Assembly (NCBI GenBank): GCA_950097015.1
Contig: CATNEN010000007.1
Coordinates: forward strand, 8,122,001 to 8,186,000
Reading direction: 5' to 3'
From: Macrostomum hystrix
Lineage: Eukaryota > Animalia > Platyhelminthes
DNA: 64,000 nt
A program made the translations under genes and the position numbers. The notes under the pieces are model-generated. The model saw only the letters and a list, made by a program, of their open reading frames with translations, was not told the DNA's origin and searched no databases. Shown one piece after another: positions 38,263 to 52,200 of the stretch. Positions within the stretch are counted from its first letter, which is position 1. The number at the start of each line of letters is the position of its first letter.

Positions 38263-39621
38263 ATGCCGCTGCCCCGTCGTCCGCAGGCGCCGGGCAGCGC
38301 CGGCAGCGGCCAGCAGTCGCAGCAGCGAGTGTTCGAGATCCCGCCGTGCGCCCGTCACCGCTTGTCCCGCCGAGTGTCGGACAGCACCGAGCTGGAGACG
38401 GCCAATGCCAGCTATCGGATCTTGGCCCGCATCGGCGAGGGCAGCTTCGGCACGACCTACTTGGCCCGCATCGAGTGCGCCAAGCGGCTCAGCCGGCTGC
38501 AGGCGCACGAGGACACGCCTCTGTCGCCGACCTCAGTGAAGGATCAGCGCCAGCTGCTCTGCCTGATGCAGGGCAGCTCGGTGGTTGTCAAGGAGATCAA
38601 GACAGCGGGCGGCGACTCTCACGAAGCTGAAGCGCCGAACTCCAAGACTCTGGAGATCCATGGCCGCACCCTGGAGTCCATGGACATCGTGAAGGGAATA
38701 GCCCACGTTCAGCACTGCGACCATCCGTTCATCGCGAAGCTGCTGGACTCGCAGTACGCACTGACCACGCACGACACGCCATTCGAGGTGTACGAATACT
38801 ACGCTGTGGGTGACGCCATGCGGCTGCTGCGCTACATATCGGTGGGCTGCGACGACGCCAGCGTGAAGCACCGCGAGGCCACCTTCCTGCAGTCCTGCGC
38901 GCTCTACCTGGCACTGCAGGTAGCTGAGGCGCTGGCCTACCTGCACGAGTCCGGCTTCATCCACTTCGACCTGAAGATGGACAACGTCTTTGTTGACGAA
39001 CTCGGCGACGCCAAGCTGGGCGACTTCGGCCTAGCCAAGCCCTGCCGCCTGGGCCGCTGCCTTGAAAACCCCTACTACTACTGGGGCAGCCGCTGCGACC
39101 CCGGCACCTTCATGTCCGTCCGCTGGGTGCCGCCCGAGCAGCTGGACGAGTCGAGCGGGACCGTCGACCACTCGGCGGATTGGTACGGGCTCGGGGCGCT
39201 GCTCTTCAACATGATGTACGGCCGGCTGCCGTTTGAAGAGCACAAGCGCCAGGCTCTGCAGGCCGCACCATCCGGTGGCGAGGACCCGCTGGCCACCAAG
39301 CGGCGCTACCTGCGCCTGTGGCGCGCCGCCCCCCGGCCGAAGGTCGACGACCGGCCGAAGCTGAACCAGCGGACGAAGAACCTGTTGTACAACCTGCTGG
39401 CCTTCGAGCCGGCCGCCCGGCTGGGCAGCGGCGGCTGTCAAGAAGTGTTCGCCCGGCTACACGCACTCTGCTCAGATCTCGGCCTGCACTGGTTCGACTC
39501 CCTGGGAGGCGGAGGTGCCGGCGGAGGCGGAGGACCCGACATTGACAGGCTGCGTCGGTTGCTGCGCCGTGGCGAGGTGGCCAGACCGTACCGCATCAAG
39601 CTGCTGCCTAGCCAGGCCTGA
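38263..39621 (+). CDS. Divergent Ser/Thr protein kinase (AGC/CAMK-like), intronless, 452 aa
   Basis: IGEGSFGTTY, VVVKEI, HPFIAKL, IHFDLKMDN, KLGDFGLAK, WVPPE, ADWYGLGALLFNMMYGRLPF, LLAFEPAARLG. Confidence 0.88.
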   Translation: MPLPRRPQAPGSAGSGQQSQQRVFEIPPCARHRLSRRVSDSTELETANASYRILARIGEGSFGTTYLARIECAKRLSRLQAHEDTPLSPTSVKDQRQLLCLMQGSSVVVKEIKTAGGDSHEAEAPNSKTLEIHGRTLESMDIVKGIAHVQHCDHPFIAKLLDSQYALTTHDTPFEVYEYYAVGDAMRLLRYISVGCDDASVKHREATFLQSCALYLALQVAEALAYLHESGFIHFDLKMDNVFVDELGDAKLGDFGLAKPCRLGRCLENPYYYWGSRCDPGTFMSVRWVPPEQLDESSGTVDHSADWYGLGALLFNMMYGRLPFEEHKRQALQAAPSGGEDPLATKRRYLRLWRAAPRPKVDDRPKLNQRTKNLLYNLLAFEPAARLGSGGCQEVFARLHALCSDLGLHWFDSLGGGGAGGGGGPDIDRLRRLLRRGEVARPYRIKLLPSQA

Positions 39622-40575
39622 CCCAGCTCAGCCGTGATTTAACTGTGCAAACTAATTACTCACCTGTACCTGTGATCCTTGCTTAGCTCATCCTACCCGT
39701 GTATTCATCTCAGCTGCGACCTTTATTGTCATTCCATTCCAAGGTTCCAATTGGACTTGTCGCTATATTATTTTTTCTGATAAGTCTTGCATGTGTGCAA
39801 AGCTAAACCCTTTCCTTGTACTACTAAAGCCTCGAATCTTTCACTGCAGAATCAACTTTGACTTCTTGCTTGTAGGCCCAACTTCTGTTAGTTTGCCTGT
39901 GAAAGCATACCTGTACCATAAGCTGCTTTGAAGTGAAAGCAAACACAGCAATGATTCCCTCCTAGATTCTGGTTTAATTACAATTGTAAAGCTGTCACAC
40001 GTAAACACGCCCACGCAAATTAAAAGACTGATTGATTGCTACCTGGACTGGACGGGATAAAATAGGATAAAAGTACGTTGAGCTTACCTGTCCGCTGCAA
40101 AACAGTTTTCAGTGCAGCCGCACCGCGGGGAGTCCCGGAAACGCATTTCCAAAATGAATTCCGGTGCAGTCAGACTCATCAAACCGGCTTTACCAGATCC
40201 CAGATCCCCGGCCAGCCCATGGGAATACAGTCTGGGTCTAATCCGTCAGCTGCATTGTTTTTCACATCGTTAAAAAGCAGTAAAAAACAGAGCGGCTGCT
40301 GTAGATTCACCTGCTTCCTCCGTGTCTTCTGCCCCAGCCTTGTCGCGTCGCTCTCGCCTGCATTGCTTTTTTTCTCTTTTGTTTTTCATTGCAGCCATTG
40401 TGCATCAGGCTGGGCGGACTGTTGAAGGTCGGAGGAGGACCCACCGATGAGGCGGCAGTTGGTCCTCCGCGACAGGACGTCACGCACAGCCAGCCCCTCA
40501 GTTGCTTCGTTCTATTCCAATTAGTCCTTTTAGCATTGTTCGCTGGGACTGCTGGGAACAGTGAAATATCTCGGT

Positions 40576-40576
40576 A

Positions 40577-40668
<92 letters not shown>

Positions 40669-40669
40669 C

Positions 40670-40716
<47 letters not shown>

Positions 40717-40761
40717 CATCTATCTATCTATCAATCAATCTATCTATCTATCTATCTATCC

Positions 40762-40792
<31 letters not shown>

Positions 40793-40872
40793 CATCTATC
40801 TATCTATCTATCTATCTATCAATCAAACAATCTATCTATCTATCCATCTATCTATCTATCTATCTATCTATC
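40576..40872. repeat. Microsatellite (TCTA)n
   Basis: Visible. Confidence 0.98.
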
Positions 40873-41889
40873 CACCGTGCGCGCGCCGAAAGGGCTTACG
40901 TCAATGGCCAGCACAAAGGTGTGGCTAATGTGTAGATAAGGTTAGACTAGAATGCTCAGATGCATTTTAGCTACGCAGAGTCACTGGAAAAAGTACATAT
41001 TTGCATTGATCCCCTTATCTCGCAGCCAGTCAGGTGTCGCGCCGAGACCAGCGGTCATTCTCATGGGGCGGCTTGTCTTTGATCTTTATCTGGCGCTGTT
41101 GTGCAAAGAAAAAAGCGGTGGCTTTGCTCTCGGCTATAAATTATAAGTTAATTGTTCGCTCTACTATCAGTAGTAAGGCTAATACTTACTGCTATGTGTC
41201 GAACAAATTCTGACAAGAAAATGACAGTTCAGAGCAGCAAAATTTATTATCGAAGCTTAGCAAGGAGGGCAGCAATTAGGTGCTTCTTCCCCAGATACTC
41301 TGTCGCAGATAATGAGCAGTCACTACGGCGCACCTGCTGGTGGGGACTACGCGTCCAAGATTGTTGACAGGCAGACTTGGCAACACCGATGCTCCAGGTG
41401 CTGGTCTCACTGGCACAGCAACCGCCATCGATTCGCCTCACCCCCCAGTCGCTAGGGGAGAAAGCGCAGAGAAAGTAGGGGAAGCTCCTAAGCGGTGACA
41501 AGCGATGCCAGTCCGACCCGCCCGGCTCAATCAGCGTCTCTCGGAGCCCTTGGATCGCTGCCATCGTCCCGTTCGCTAATTAATCTTCCCAAGGCTCGGC
41601 CTGAGCACAACTCACAATCATCTGCGCCGCAAACTCAGTCGAGACCTCAAAGCTGGGTCGACTGCTCGCTTCCGCTACTCGTTCCGCTCACTTGGGATGG
41701 CATTGGGAATAGCTTCCTACCATGGGCACTGAAGACACGTAATACTGTCAATAGTCGTCTTAGAAGTACAAGTACAAGTGTAGTAAATACTACTAAAGCA
41801 ACAACATCATCATAGCCAACAACCACTACTACTACTATTGCTGAAGTATTACTACTGCTACTACTAATTCTAATACTACTACTATTACG

Positions 41890-42510
41890 GTTCCTGCTAC
41901 GATAATAATTTGGGTTCTTGCTACGATTCTAACTGGGTTCTTGCTACGATTCTAACTTGGGTTCTTGCAACGATTCTAACTTGGGTTCTTGCTACGATTC
42001 TAAACTTGGGTTCATGCTACGATTCTAACTTGGGTTCATGCTACGATTCTATACTTGGGTTCCTGCTACGATTCTAAACTTGGGTTCCTGCTACGATTCT
42101 AACTTGGGTTCTTGCTACGATTCTAACTTGGGTTCTTGCTACGATTCTAACTTGGGTTCTTGCTACGATTCTAAACTTGGGTTCTTGCTACGATTCTAAA
42201 CTTGGGTTCTTGCTACGATTCTAACTTGGGTTCATGCTACAATTCTAACTTGGGTTCCTGCTACGATTCTAACTTGGGTTCTTGCTACAATTCTAACTTG
42301 GGTTCCTGCTACGATTCTAACTTGGGTTCTTGCTACGATTCTAACTTGGGTTCTTGCTACGATTCTAACTTGGGTTCTTGCTACGATTCTAACTTGGGTT
42401 CTTGCTACGATTCTAACTTGGGTTCTTGCTAGGATTCTAACTTGGGTTCTTGCTACGATTCTAACTTGGGTTCTTGCTACGATACTAACCACGGTTTCTG
42501 CTACGATTCC
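41890..42510. repeat. Minisatellite, 24-bp unit tgctacgattctaacttgggttct
   Basis: Visible array. Confidence 0.95.
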
Positions 42511-43257
42511 AAAAATCGTGTTTCGATTTATCATTTATCTTTCGAGTGTCTAAGCAAAGTCTTGTCACACTCCCCTTCTATCTTCTCTTAAATCATCGAG
42601 CAGGTGCTTAGAACACATGCACTTCTTCTGTTTGAGGCTGAGCTCTGCCTTCAGGTAGCATGTTTTAATTAGTGCAACCCGGAAAAAAAGCATAACTCAA
42701 CCCAAGCGCTCAGGTGAAGGCATTTGAAAGGCTGCCAGGTATTGAGAATGTCTGAAAATATACAAGATACTCGAACAGCCGCACAGTCCGCACATGTGGT
42801 CAGCTTTGCCGAGGTCCCAGTTTCTGCACGAGCTGGTCGCAGAGGAAGTGGAACAGAATCCCTACAGTTCTTAGAGATAAGCAGCGGCTCAATACAATTA
42901 GAGAGGCGGAGAGATCAAGCGAGAAGGTAGGATGTCCAGAGAGAGAGAGAGACAGGGAATGCAAAGGCAATCAGTCGATGTTAACAGGCGATGTTAGAAA
43001 AAACACTTAGCAAGTTTCCGTCGAAGCAAGCGGAGCTTCACGCAATCAGAAATATATTTATTTGCTTTTTTTTGCGGTCTCTGTGTATATGGGTCGGGGG
43101 GTTCGAGTCTCATTACAGAACGGGAGAGCAACAAAAGGGATAATTAGACGGAATGTGGGGATCTGGGCAGCAGGGAGCAGGATAGAAGAGACGGGAGCTG
43201 AAACGAGGCGGGGGACATCAGGTAGTCAGCGCTGTCGGCCCGTCGTCGTCCTCGTCA

Positions 43258-46200
43258 TCACTTCTTTTTCTTTCCGCCCTTCTTGCCCTTCTTGCCCTTC
43301 TTGCCCTTCTTCTTCTTCTTGCCGAACGGGCCGAGGCTCTTCTGGACCATGACGGTGCGGAACCAGGACTGGATCTGCGGGGGGAGAGAGCGAAGCGGTA
43401 CGGCTGGGGTCAGAGCTCTTTGAGCAATGCAACACCCGGTCTGACTGCTCTGATGAGCAGTGAAACTATCCGTGTTCTGTTGAAATTGTGTACACAACTT
43501 GTCTGTGTACAGTGGACATTGTTTACAGTGGACATCTTGTCTTAGATTGTACTCAAGGAAGTATTTATTCGAGTTTAAACTGTACAGAGACATTTTAAAT
43601 ACACATGAAAACTGTACACCTGTCCACAGACCGATCGTCTATGGACACTCATAAGCTGTTATATTGAATCCAAACACAGGCTTAAGTACAAGGCAGATTA
43701 CTGTCTGTGAACAGAGTACAGTGGGCACAAGTAAGGCTAGGACAAGTAACGATAGGAATTGTACAAAAACTGCGGATGGAACACACGAATTTGAGTCCAT
43801 TAGTGTACTCGAAGACGCTCACCTTGAGCGCGCTGCCCAACTCGATGGCCTCCTGCTCCTTGCGCCGCCTCTCCTTCTCCTTCTCGATGCGGTCCTCGAT
43901 GACGACGGCCTCGTACTCCTTGTAGGTCTTGGTGAGGGTCTCCAGCTTCTGCAGGTCCTTCAGCTTGCTCTGCTTCAGCACATCCAGCCGGTGCTGCAGG
44001 TCCTCCACGTCCCGCTTCAGCCTGTTCCGGGTTTGCGTGAACAGGTTTTGTTATTTTAAATTAATATTCCAGTCAGCGCGCACCGAAAGATCCGATTTCT
44101 TGGAATGGGATTCTCGGAATTTCAATGGCCCCTGCGCAATGTACCGACAGTACAGTGCAGCAGCTGCAGTTTAGCATGCTGACTGACTGACTTGGACTCA
44201 AAATTGAGTTAGGTCCGTGAGAGATACGGGATGTGACGAGGCCTGAATAATGCAGCGAGTTATGATCCCCCAGCTGCCGAAACCACCGCGATGAACTCAT
44301 AGTGAGCATGTGCTCATGTTTGAGCAGCTCTTTTTAGTTAACTCCAATTCTTAGCTGTATTTTGTCAACAGAAAACACACTTTTCACTTTCAGGTCGACT
44401 GGCCTTAAGACGTATAGTAGGAAATAGTGTCGAAATAGATCCAAATCCGAACGTTTAGATCCTAATCAAAAGGTCCACATCCCTATCTGAAGGTCCACAT
44501 CCCTATCTAAAGGTCCACATCCCTATCTGAAGGTCCACATCCCTATCTGAAAGTCCACATCCCTATCTGAAGGTCTAGATCCCAATCTGAAGGTCTAGAT
44601 CCCAATCTGAAGGTCTGAATCCCAATCTGAAGGTCTAAATCCCAATCTGAAGGTCTAGATCCCAATCTGAAGGTCTAGATCCCAATCTGAAGGTCTGAAT
44701 CCCAATCTGAAGGTCTGAATCCCAATCTGAAGGTCTAAATCCCAATCTGAAGGTCTAGATCCCAATATGAAGGTCTAAATCCCAATCTGAAGGTCTGAAT
44801 CCCAATCTGAAGGTCTAGATTCCAATCTGAAGATCTAGTCGTATCTCAGAAATAAATCCCTACCTAAAAATTGGGATATAATTTCCCAAAAATCAACCTG
44901 GCACCCTGTCACCCAATTCCTTGCACCGGGCAGAATTCCCCGCTAGCAAAACACCAGCGGCTCCCGGCAGCGCTCACTTGCTGCTCCATCCGTCCATCTT
45001 CTTCTCCAGCTGGTCGCAGTGGGTCCTCAGCCAGGACTCGGTCTCGGCGTTGACCCGCATCTCCTGGTCTGTGAACTTCTTCAGCTGGTCGATCTCCTCA
45101 CGCAGCTGGCCCTCGCTCAGGTTGCACTTGTTGGAGGTCTGCTCCACATTCACCGCGCAGGTCTTGGACACGTACTTCATCTCCATGCCAGTCTTGGCCT
45201 TGGTCTCCTGGTACACGTCCTTGAGGTGGGCGATCATCTCCGTGCGAGCCTGCACCTCGGCCTCCTTCTCCTTCACCACGTCTTCGATCTGGCGGCGGAG
45301 CTCCTTGATGCGCTGACGGCTGCTCTCCTCGCTGCGGGTTCGGGGTGACAGCTGAGTGCGTCTGAGAACTTTCAGCGCATCGGAGTAACTCTTAGGGCGT
45401 CTGAGAACTATCCATGCATTTGAGTAGTCTCTGAGTAATAAAAATAATATTTGCAGGAGGGCTGCGAGATGGTGCCTGTGCGAAGGCACACGGTCACACA
45501 GGTGTGTACACCTACCCTGACTTTCTCATTGTCAGGCAGTGTACACCTTCACTGTGCCTTGGAGGTTGGCCCTCAAGGGCGTAAATTGCACGACAAGCCC
45601 CCAAGCCTTCCCTTGGCCGCTGCGCCCCAAATAAATGTGGCCTCGCCGCGGAATCGAGCTCAGGGGCCTTGGTGCGAGAGGCAAACGCGTTGACTGCTCT
45701 GCCACTGACCCGCTAATCTCTGAGTACTCTCGGTGCATTTGAGTAATCCCTGAGTACTCTCTCGGTGCATTTGAGTAATCCCTGAGTACTCTCTCGGTGC
45801 ATTTGAGTAATCCCTGAGTACTCTCTCGGTGCATTTGAGTAATCCCTGAGTACTCTCTCGGTGCATTTGAGTAATCCCTGAGTACTCTCTCGGTGCATTT
45901 GAGTAATCCCTGAGTACTCTCTCGGTGCATTTGAGTAATCCCTGAGTACTCTCTCGATGCATTTGAGTAGTCTCTGAGTAGTCTCCGAGTCGCTGAGTCG
46001 CTGCCCTGAACGAAGAAGGCGATTGAGATCGCTCTAACTCCTAAGATCAAAGGGAATGCTGGCATTGCGGCTTCCTGCCTATGGGATTTTACACCAGTTA
46101 AAAATGGGATCAAAGAAGAAGATCGGCAGAGAATATTGCAGCTACTCCGGTGGCGCTGTACAGCAGGGAAAACATCAAATTACTTGCGAGTCGATGAGAC

Positions 46201-49200
46201 AACACTCAGGTTTCTTGTCTAGGCAAAGGCTCTAATTGGCGGGTAGGTCTATGTATAATTAGTAGATTGCTGCCCTCTGTGACAACTGGAATGACTTCAG
46301 TTTAGTCTTGGCAGTCTCGTCTAGCTATTAGCGTTAAATTCGACTCAAAGCAACTCAGAGAGTGCTGACATTGACAGCGCGCGAACGACTGAGAGTTTTA
46401 TGCTTGCATGGACTTCTCAGTTGCTTTTGCAGTCTGATCAGTTTTCTGTTTATGCATAGGGAGAGGAATATAGGCATAAGGTAAGGAATAGGCATAGGGT
46501 AAGGAACAGGCATAGGGTAATAAGGAATAGGCATAGGGTAAGGAACAGGCATAGGGTAAGGAATAGGCATAGGGTAAGGAACAGGCATAGGGTAAGGAAC
46601 AGGCATAGGGTAAGGAATAGGCATAGGGTAAGGAATAGGCATAGGGTAAGGAACAGGCATAGGGTAATAAGGAACAGGCATAGGGTAAGGAACAGGCATA
46701 GGGTAAGGAACAGGCATAGGGTAAGGAACAGGCATAGGGTAAGGAACAGGCATAGGGTAATAAGGAACAGGCATAGGGTAAGGAACAGGCATAGGGTAAG
46801 GAACAGGCATAGGGTAAGGAATAGGCTTAGGGAAAGGAATAGGCATAGGGAAAGGAACAGGCTTAGGGAAAGGAATAGGCTTAGGGAAATGAATAGGCAT
46901 TGGGAAAGGAACAGGCTTAGGGAAAGGAATAGGCATTGGGAAAGGAATAGGCATAAGGAAAGGAACAGGCTTAGGGAAAGGAATAGGCTTAGGGAAAGGA
47001 ACAGGCTTAGGGAAAGGAATAGGCATAGGGAAAGGAATAGGCATTGGGAAAGGAACAGGCTTAGGGAAAGGAATAGGCATAGGGAAAGGAATAGGCATTG
47101 GGAAAGGAACAGGCTTAGGGAAAGGAATAGGCATTGGGAAAGGAATAGGCATAGGGAAAGGAACAGGCTTAGGGAAAGGAATAGGCATTGGGAAAGGAAC
47201 AGGCTTAGGGAAAGGAATAGGCATTGGGAAAGGAATAGGCATTGGGAAAGGAACAGGCTTAGGGAAAGGAACAGGCTTAGGGAAAGGAACAGGCTTAGGG
47301 AAAGGAACAGGCTTAGGGAAAGGAACAGGATGTAATGGAAATTGGTCAAAAATATATTTAACTGGAAAAGCTATCAACGCAGACGAGGACTGAGATGACT
47401 GAAGTTCGCAGAGTCCTGACTTGCGCCAAACGCAATCTCTAAAAATCTTGAGCAGATGTTTTGCTCGTGCTGGACTCAGCAACGCAAAATGAAGGTCATG
47501 GCTGTATAAATGACACGCCTTGTCTATTGGCCAGGATCTTCATGGGAATAAACAAAACGGTTTTTTATTTGGCACGCTAAGTTCAGAAATGGCATTTCAG
47601 GGGGGAGATAAATCCCCCCTGATCCCAACTTCCTGTGTCGCTAGCTGGATAAAAACATTTCACAGTCAACTCAATCAGGTGAGACTGAAAGCGAGTAAAA
47701 AGCAGATTAAAACAGAGGATAAAAAGAGGAACTAACCGAATGAGGATCTGCTGCAGCTCCCGCTTCTTTTCCTCCTCGCTCGTCACCGCCTGTTGGAGGC
47801 TATCGAATGAGCCGGACTCCAGCAGCTCCTTAAAGGTGATGCGCATGACCTGCTCCAGGAAGTTCCTGAAACCGGATGTCCCCGGGGTGCGAACGATGTG
47901 CGATGAAGACAGGGCAGTTGCTGCTCCAGGGTTTAAACTTGTGCCAGCACTGTGTTCGCACTAAGCCGCTTATGCATACTCTTATCATAATTTACTATTC
48001 ATTTTATTGATTACACCTGCCCAATTCCATCAGATGTGCAGCCGACAGCCGCAGCTATCTGATGGCTATGTACGGCTGTTCAGTCCATGGACTGTGAAAC
48101 CCAACCTCAATTATCCCTGGCTAAGCTGGTACCATTTTAATATCATATTTTATAGTAATATCAATAACAATAATGCAGGAGGGCTGCAGGCAATGGCGCA
48201 TCCTTTCCTGACACTGGACCTGCAGCCAGTGAGGAGGCAATTCTGCCCATTCCGCTGACTCCTGAGCACACACGCACACAGATACCGTACGCAGGCACTC
48301 GCTCACACAGGTGTGTACATCTGCCCTGACTTTCTCATCGTCAGGCAGTGTACACTCACACTCACTGTGCCTTTGAGATTGGACCTCAAGGGCGTAAATT
48401 GCACGACAAGCCCCCAAGCCTTCCCTTGGCCGCTGCGCCCCAAATAAATGTGGCCTCGCAGCGGAATCAAGCTCAGGGACCTTGGTGCGAGAGGCAAACG
48501 CGTTAACCGCTCTGCCACTCACCCCCCCTGGTACCAATTTAACTCTATCACCTGTCCTCCTAAACTCTATCACCTGTCCTCCTGAACTCTATCACCTGTC
48601 CTCCAGAACTCTATCACCTGTCCTCCTGAACTCTATCACCTGTCCTCCTGAACTCTATCACCTGTCCTCCAGAACTCTATCACATGTCCTCCTGAACTCT
48701 ATCACCTGTCCTCCTGAACTCTATCACCTGTCCTCCTGAACTCTATCACCTGTCCTCCAGAACTCTATCACATGTCCTCCTGAACTCTATCACCTGTCCT
48801 CCTGAACTCTATCACCTGTCCTCCTGAACTCTATCACCTGTCCTCCTAAACTCTATCACCTGTCCTCCTGAGCTATTTCACCTGTCCTCCTGAGCTATTT
48901 CACCTGTCCTCCTGAACTCTATCACCTGTCCTCCTGAACTCTATCACCTGTCCTCCTGAGCTATTTCACCTGTCCTCCTGAGCTATTTCACCTGTCCTCC
49001 TGAGCTATTTCACCTGTCCTCATGAGCTATTTCACCTGTCCTCCTGAACTCTATCACCTGTCCTCCTGAACTCTATCACCTGTCCTCCTGAGCTATTTCA
49101 CCTGTCCTCCTGAACTATTTCACCTGTACTCCTGAGCTATTTCACCTGTACTCCTGAGCTATTTCACCTGTCCTCCTGAGCTATTTCACCTGTACTCCTG

Positions 49201-52200
49201 AGCTATTTCACCTGTCCCCCTGAACTCTATCACCTGTCCTCCTGAGCTATTTCACCTGTACTCCTGAACTCTATCACCTGTCCTCCTGAGCTATTTCACC
49301 TGTACTCCTGAACTCTATCACCTGTCCTCCTGAACTCTATCACCTGTCCCCCTGAACTCTATCACCTGTCCTCCTGAACTCTATCACCTGTCCTCTTGAA
49401 CTCTATCACCTGTCCCCCTGAGCTATTTCACCTGTACTCCTGAACTCTATCACCTGTCCTCCTGAACTCTATCACCTGTCCCCCTGAACTCTATCACCTG
49501 TCCTCCTGAACTCTATCACCTGTCCTCCTGAGCTATTTCACCTGTCCTCCTGAACTTTCTGCAGATTGTCGGACGTCAGCGGGTTCTGCCGCACCGCCTT
49601 GGACATGAGATTGTTGCTGCCCTTCAGGTCCGTGGAGGCCGCCATGATCTCCTGTTGGGCCTCCAGAATGTCACTGGGCAGACCTGCGGACGCATTGTCG
49701 GATTCTACTAGTTGGGATTTTATTTAAAATACCAAATTCTCGGTGTTCGTAGCTTGCAGTTTTTTAGATATTTTAGTCATTATATTAACATCAGGATTTT
49801 TTTCTGTATCTCCCAAATTATTCAACTAACCGCCATGAACGTGCAAAACACCGACTAAAAAGTTTCGCTCCCTCCGATGAAACAACTTCCAGAATCGTAA
49901 AGAGTGAAAATTTTTTATCTAGTTGGTGGAATTTCAGGAAAACCAGTTTGGTTTGGGAGCTGTCGTGAAGTACGTACCTACTACAGTTCTCTCTACCGTT
50001 CATGTCTCAAAGGTAGTAAAAGCCCAGGATTATTGATACTGATAATGATTTAAAAGTACGCTGGCCACGACAGTCGTACATAAAAGTACAACGCTGTCTG
50101 GGTTCGGCGAGCATAGCAGCGGAACTACCTAAATGCAGTCTGGCCAGAGCCATGTTGTGCCAGCTGCTCACGCAATTCTGAGCTCGCTTGAGTACCCGCT
50201 GAGTCAGATGGGATGGAAAATTTATAGTAGAAAATACGTGACATGGAATATTGGGGGGCCTGCATATTTCTTGAGGCGAAAATTGCATGAAATCATATTC
50301 CCTGTATACTCGAGAGAAGACATCTGCCTCTTGCGATTACAGCGGAGCAAAATGTGAACACAGAAATTCGACTTTCGTGCGGAGCAGAAAATAACAAAAA
50401 TAGCGGCTTTTGCCTGCTTGATTGCTCTGGGAGAAACAGAGAAGCTGGGCAGGCCAATCAGAGCTGTGCGGGCGAGTCTGGGGGGATCACAAAATATAGA
50501 TCCCATTTAAAAGCACCCAACTCAAAACTGCTTCACTCTGCTCGGAAGATTCTAGGCAAGTCCAGCTTCTCAAGCTGGTTCCCATTAGCAGGTGAGTAAC
50601 TTAAAACTAATTTTATTGCCTAGGAAATGTTCTTGGATAATAATCAACTCCGCTTAAATTTATGTCAAACAAATTCGAAAATTCGGCTCATTTTCAATCT
50701 GAATGGTTCAAAGGACGTTGGATGCAATACAAATGTCGGGGCGTGCAATAGAAAGGATGGGGCGTGTAAGGCGTCAACCCCAAAGAATAATAATAATCAT
50801 AACGTTTGCAGTTGGGCTGCGGGCAGTGGCGCATCATTTGGTGACACTAGACCCGCAGCCAGCGAAGAGGCAATTCTGTCCATTTCGCTGACTCCTGAGC
50901 ACACACGCACTCAGATACCGTACGCAGGCACACGCTCACGCAGGCACACAGGTGTGTGCATCTGCCCTGACTCATCGTCAGGTAGGTAGTCTACATTTGC
51001 CACTTTGCGTTGGAGGTTGGCCCTCAAGGCCGTAAATTGAAAGAAAAGCCCCAAGCCTTCCCTCCGCGGCTGCGCCCCCAATGAATGAGGCCTCGCCGCG
51101 GAATCGAACTCAGGGACCTTGGTGCGAGAGGTAAACTGCCACCGACCCCCCATTCAACCACGAAGACACGAAGGTTAACAGTCAGCCATCAGCCAGACTC
51201 TTTCTTCATTCGGAATGTTGAACGCCTCGGCCGAAGTCAGCGTCGACGGAGGCGGAGGCGGCGGCGGTGGCGCCAGGCAGCTGTACGGACAGGCGATGCG
51301 GCTGCTGCAGGTGGCCAGCCTCACCGCCACCTGCCTCGGCCTGGCCCTGAACCTGCTCAACTTCTGCGTGTTCTGGTGCCAGCCGGTGCGCCGGCACTGC
51401 CTCACTGCCTGCCTGCGCCTCCTGTCTGCCAACGACTTCCTGCTGCTGCTGCTGTTCCTGGCGCTGACTCAGACAAGCTTGCACCACTCGGGTTCCGTGG
51501 CCTGCTTCCTGGCCAACTATGCCTTCGGCGTGGCCACCGCCCTCAGCGCCTGGCTGCTGGTTGCCATCACCCTGGACCGCGTGCTCTTCCTGCGGGCCCC
51601 TCTGGCGCCAGCCAGCGCCGCGCGCGTCCGACGAATGGCCCGCATCGCCATGGTCGGCGCGCTCGCCTGGAATCTGCACTGGGCCTGGTCTGCCGGCTAC
51701 GGCGGCCACTTCCACGGCGGCGGCGGCGGCGGCGTCACCAACGACACGGCCGTTACGCCGGCGCCGCCCCCGAAGAGCCCCCTGCTGTGCGTAGCCACCG
51801 CGGGCTGGGCTGGCCAGGTGAGGAACTGAGAAGGAATCTCCCACACCTAGCCCCATCATTTAGTACAACTCCTAAGTTTAATTACTAACAAGGTGACGAG
51901 TGAATACTATGCGACTGTGTAGGCACAGTTACTCCTGCTGTTAATCTGATGTCTGTGCGTTTTGGAGGACGTACACAAGATTTTTTATTTAAAGCATTTA
52001 CTGCTCGGCGGAGGAGGGGTGGGTGCAAGATTTGATGCGGCACTGCGCCGGATTCGAACCATGGCATCCCTAGCTAACGCAGGAATCCTCCAACGCATTC
52101 GCCAGGTTATGCAGCTCGTTGACAGCCTGCTGGCCTCCTTCGTTCCCGGCGTGGCTCTGCTGGCGCTCAACGCCCACATCGTGCGCCGACTTCGCCGCCT

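Noticed and set aside
46826-47325. Interstitial telomeric repeat (TTAGGG)
   Set aside because: The hexamer occurs singly inside an 18-bp minisatellite unit and never in tandem.
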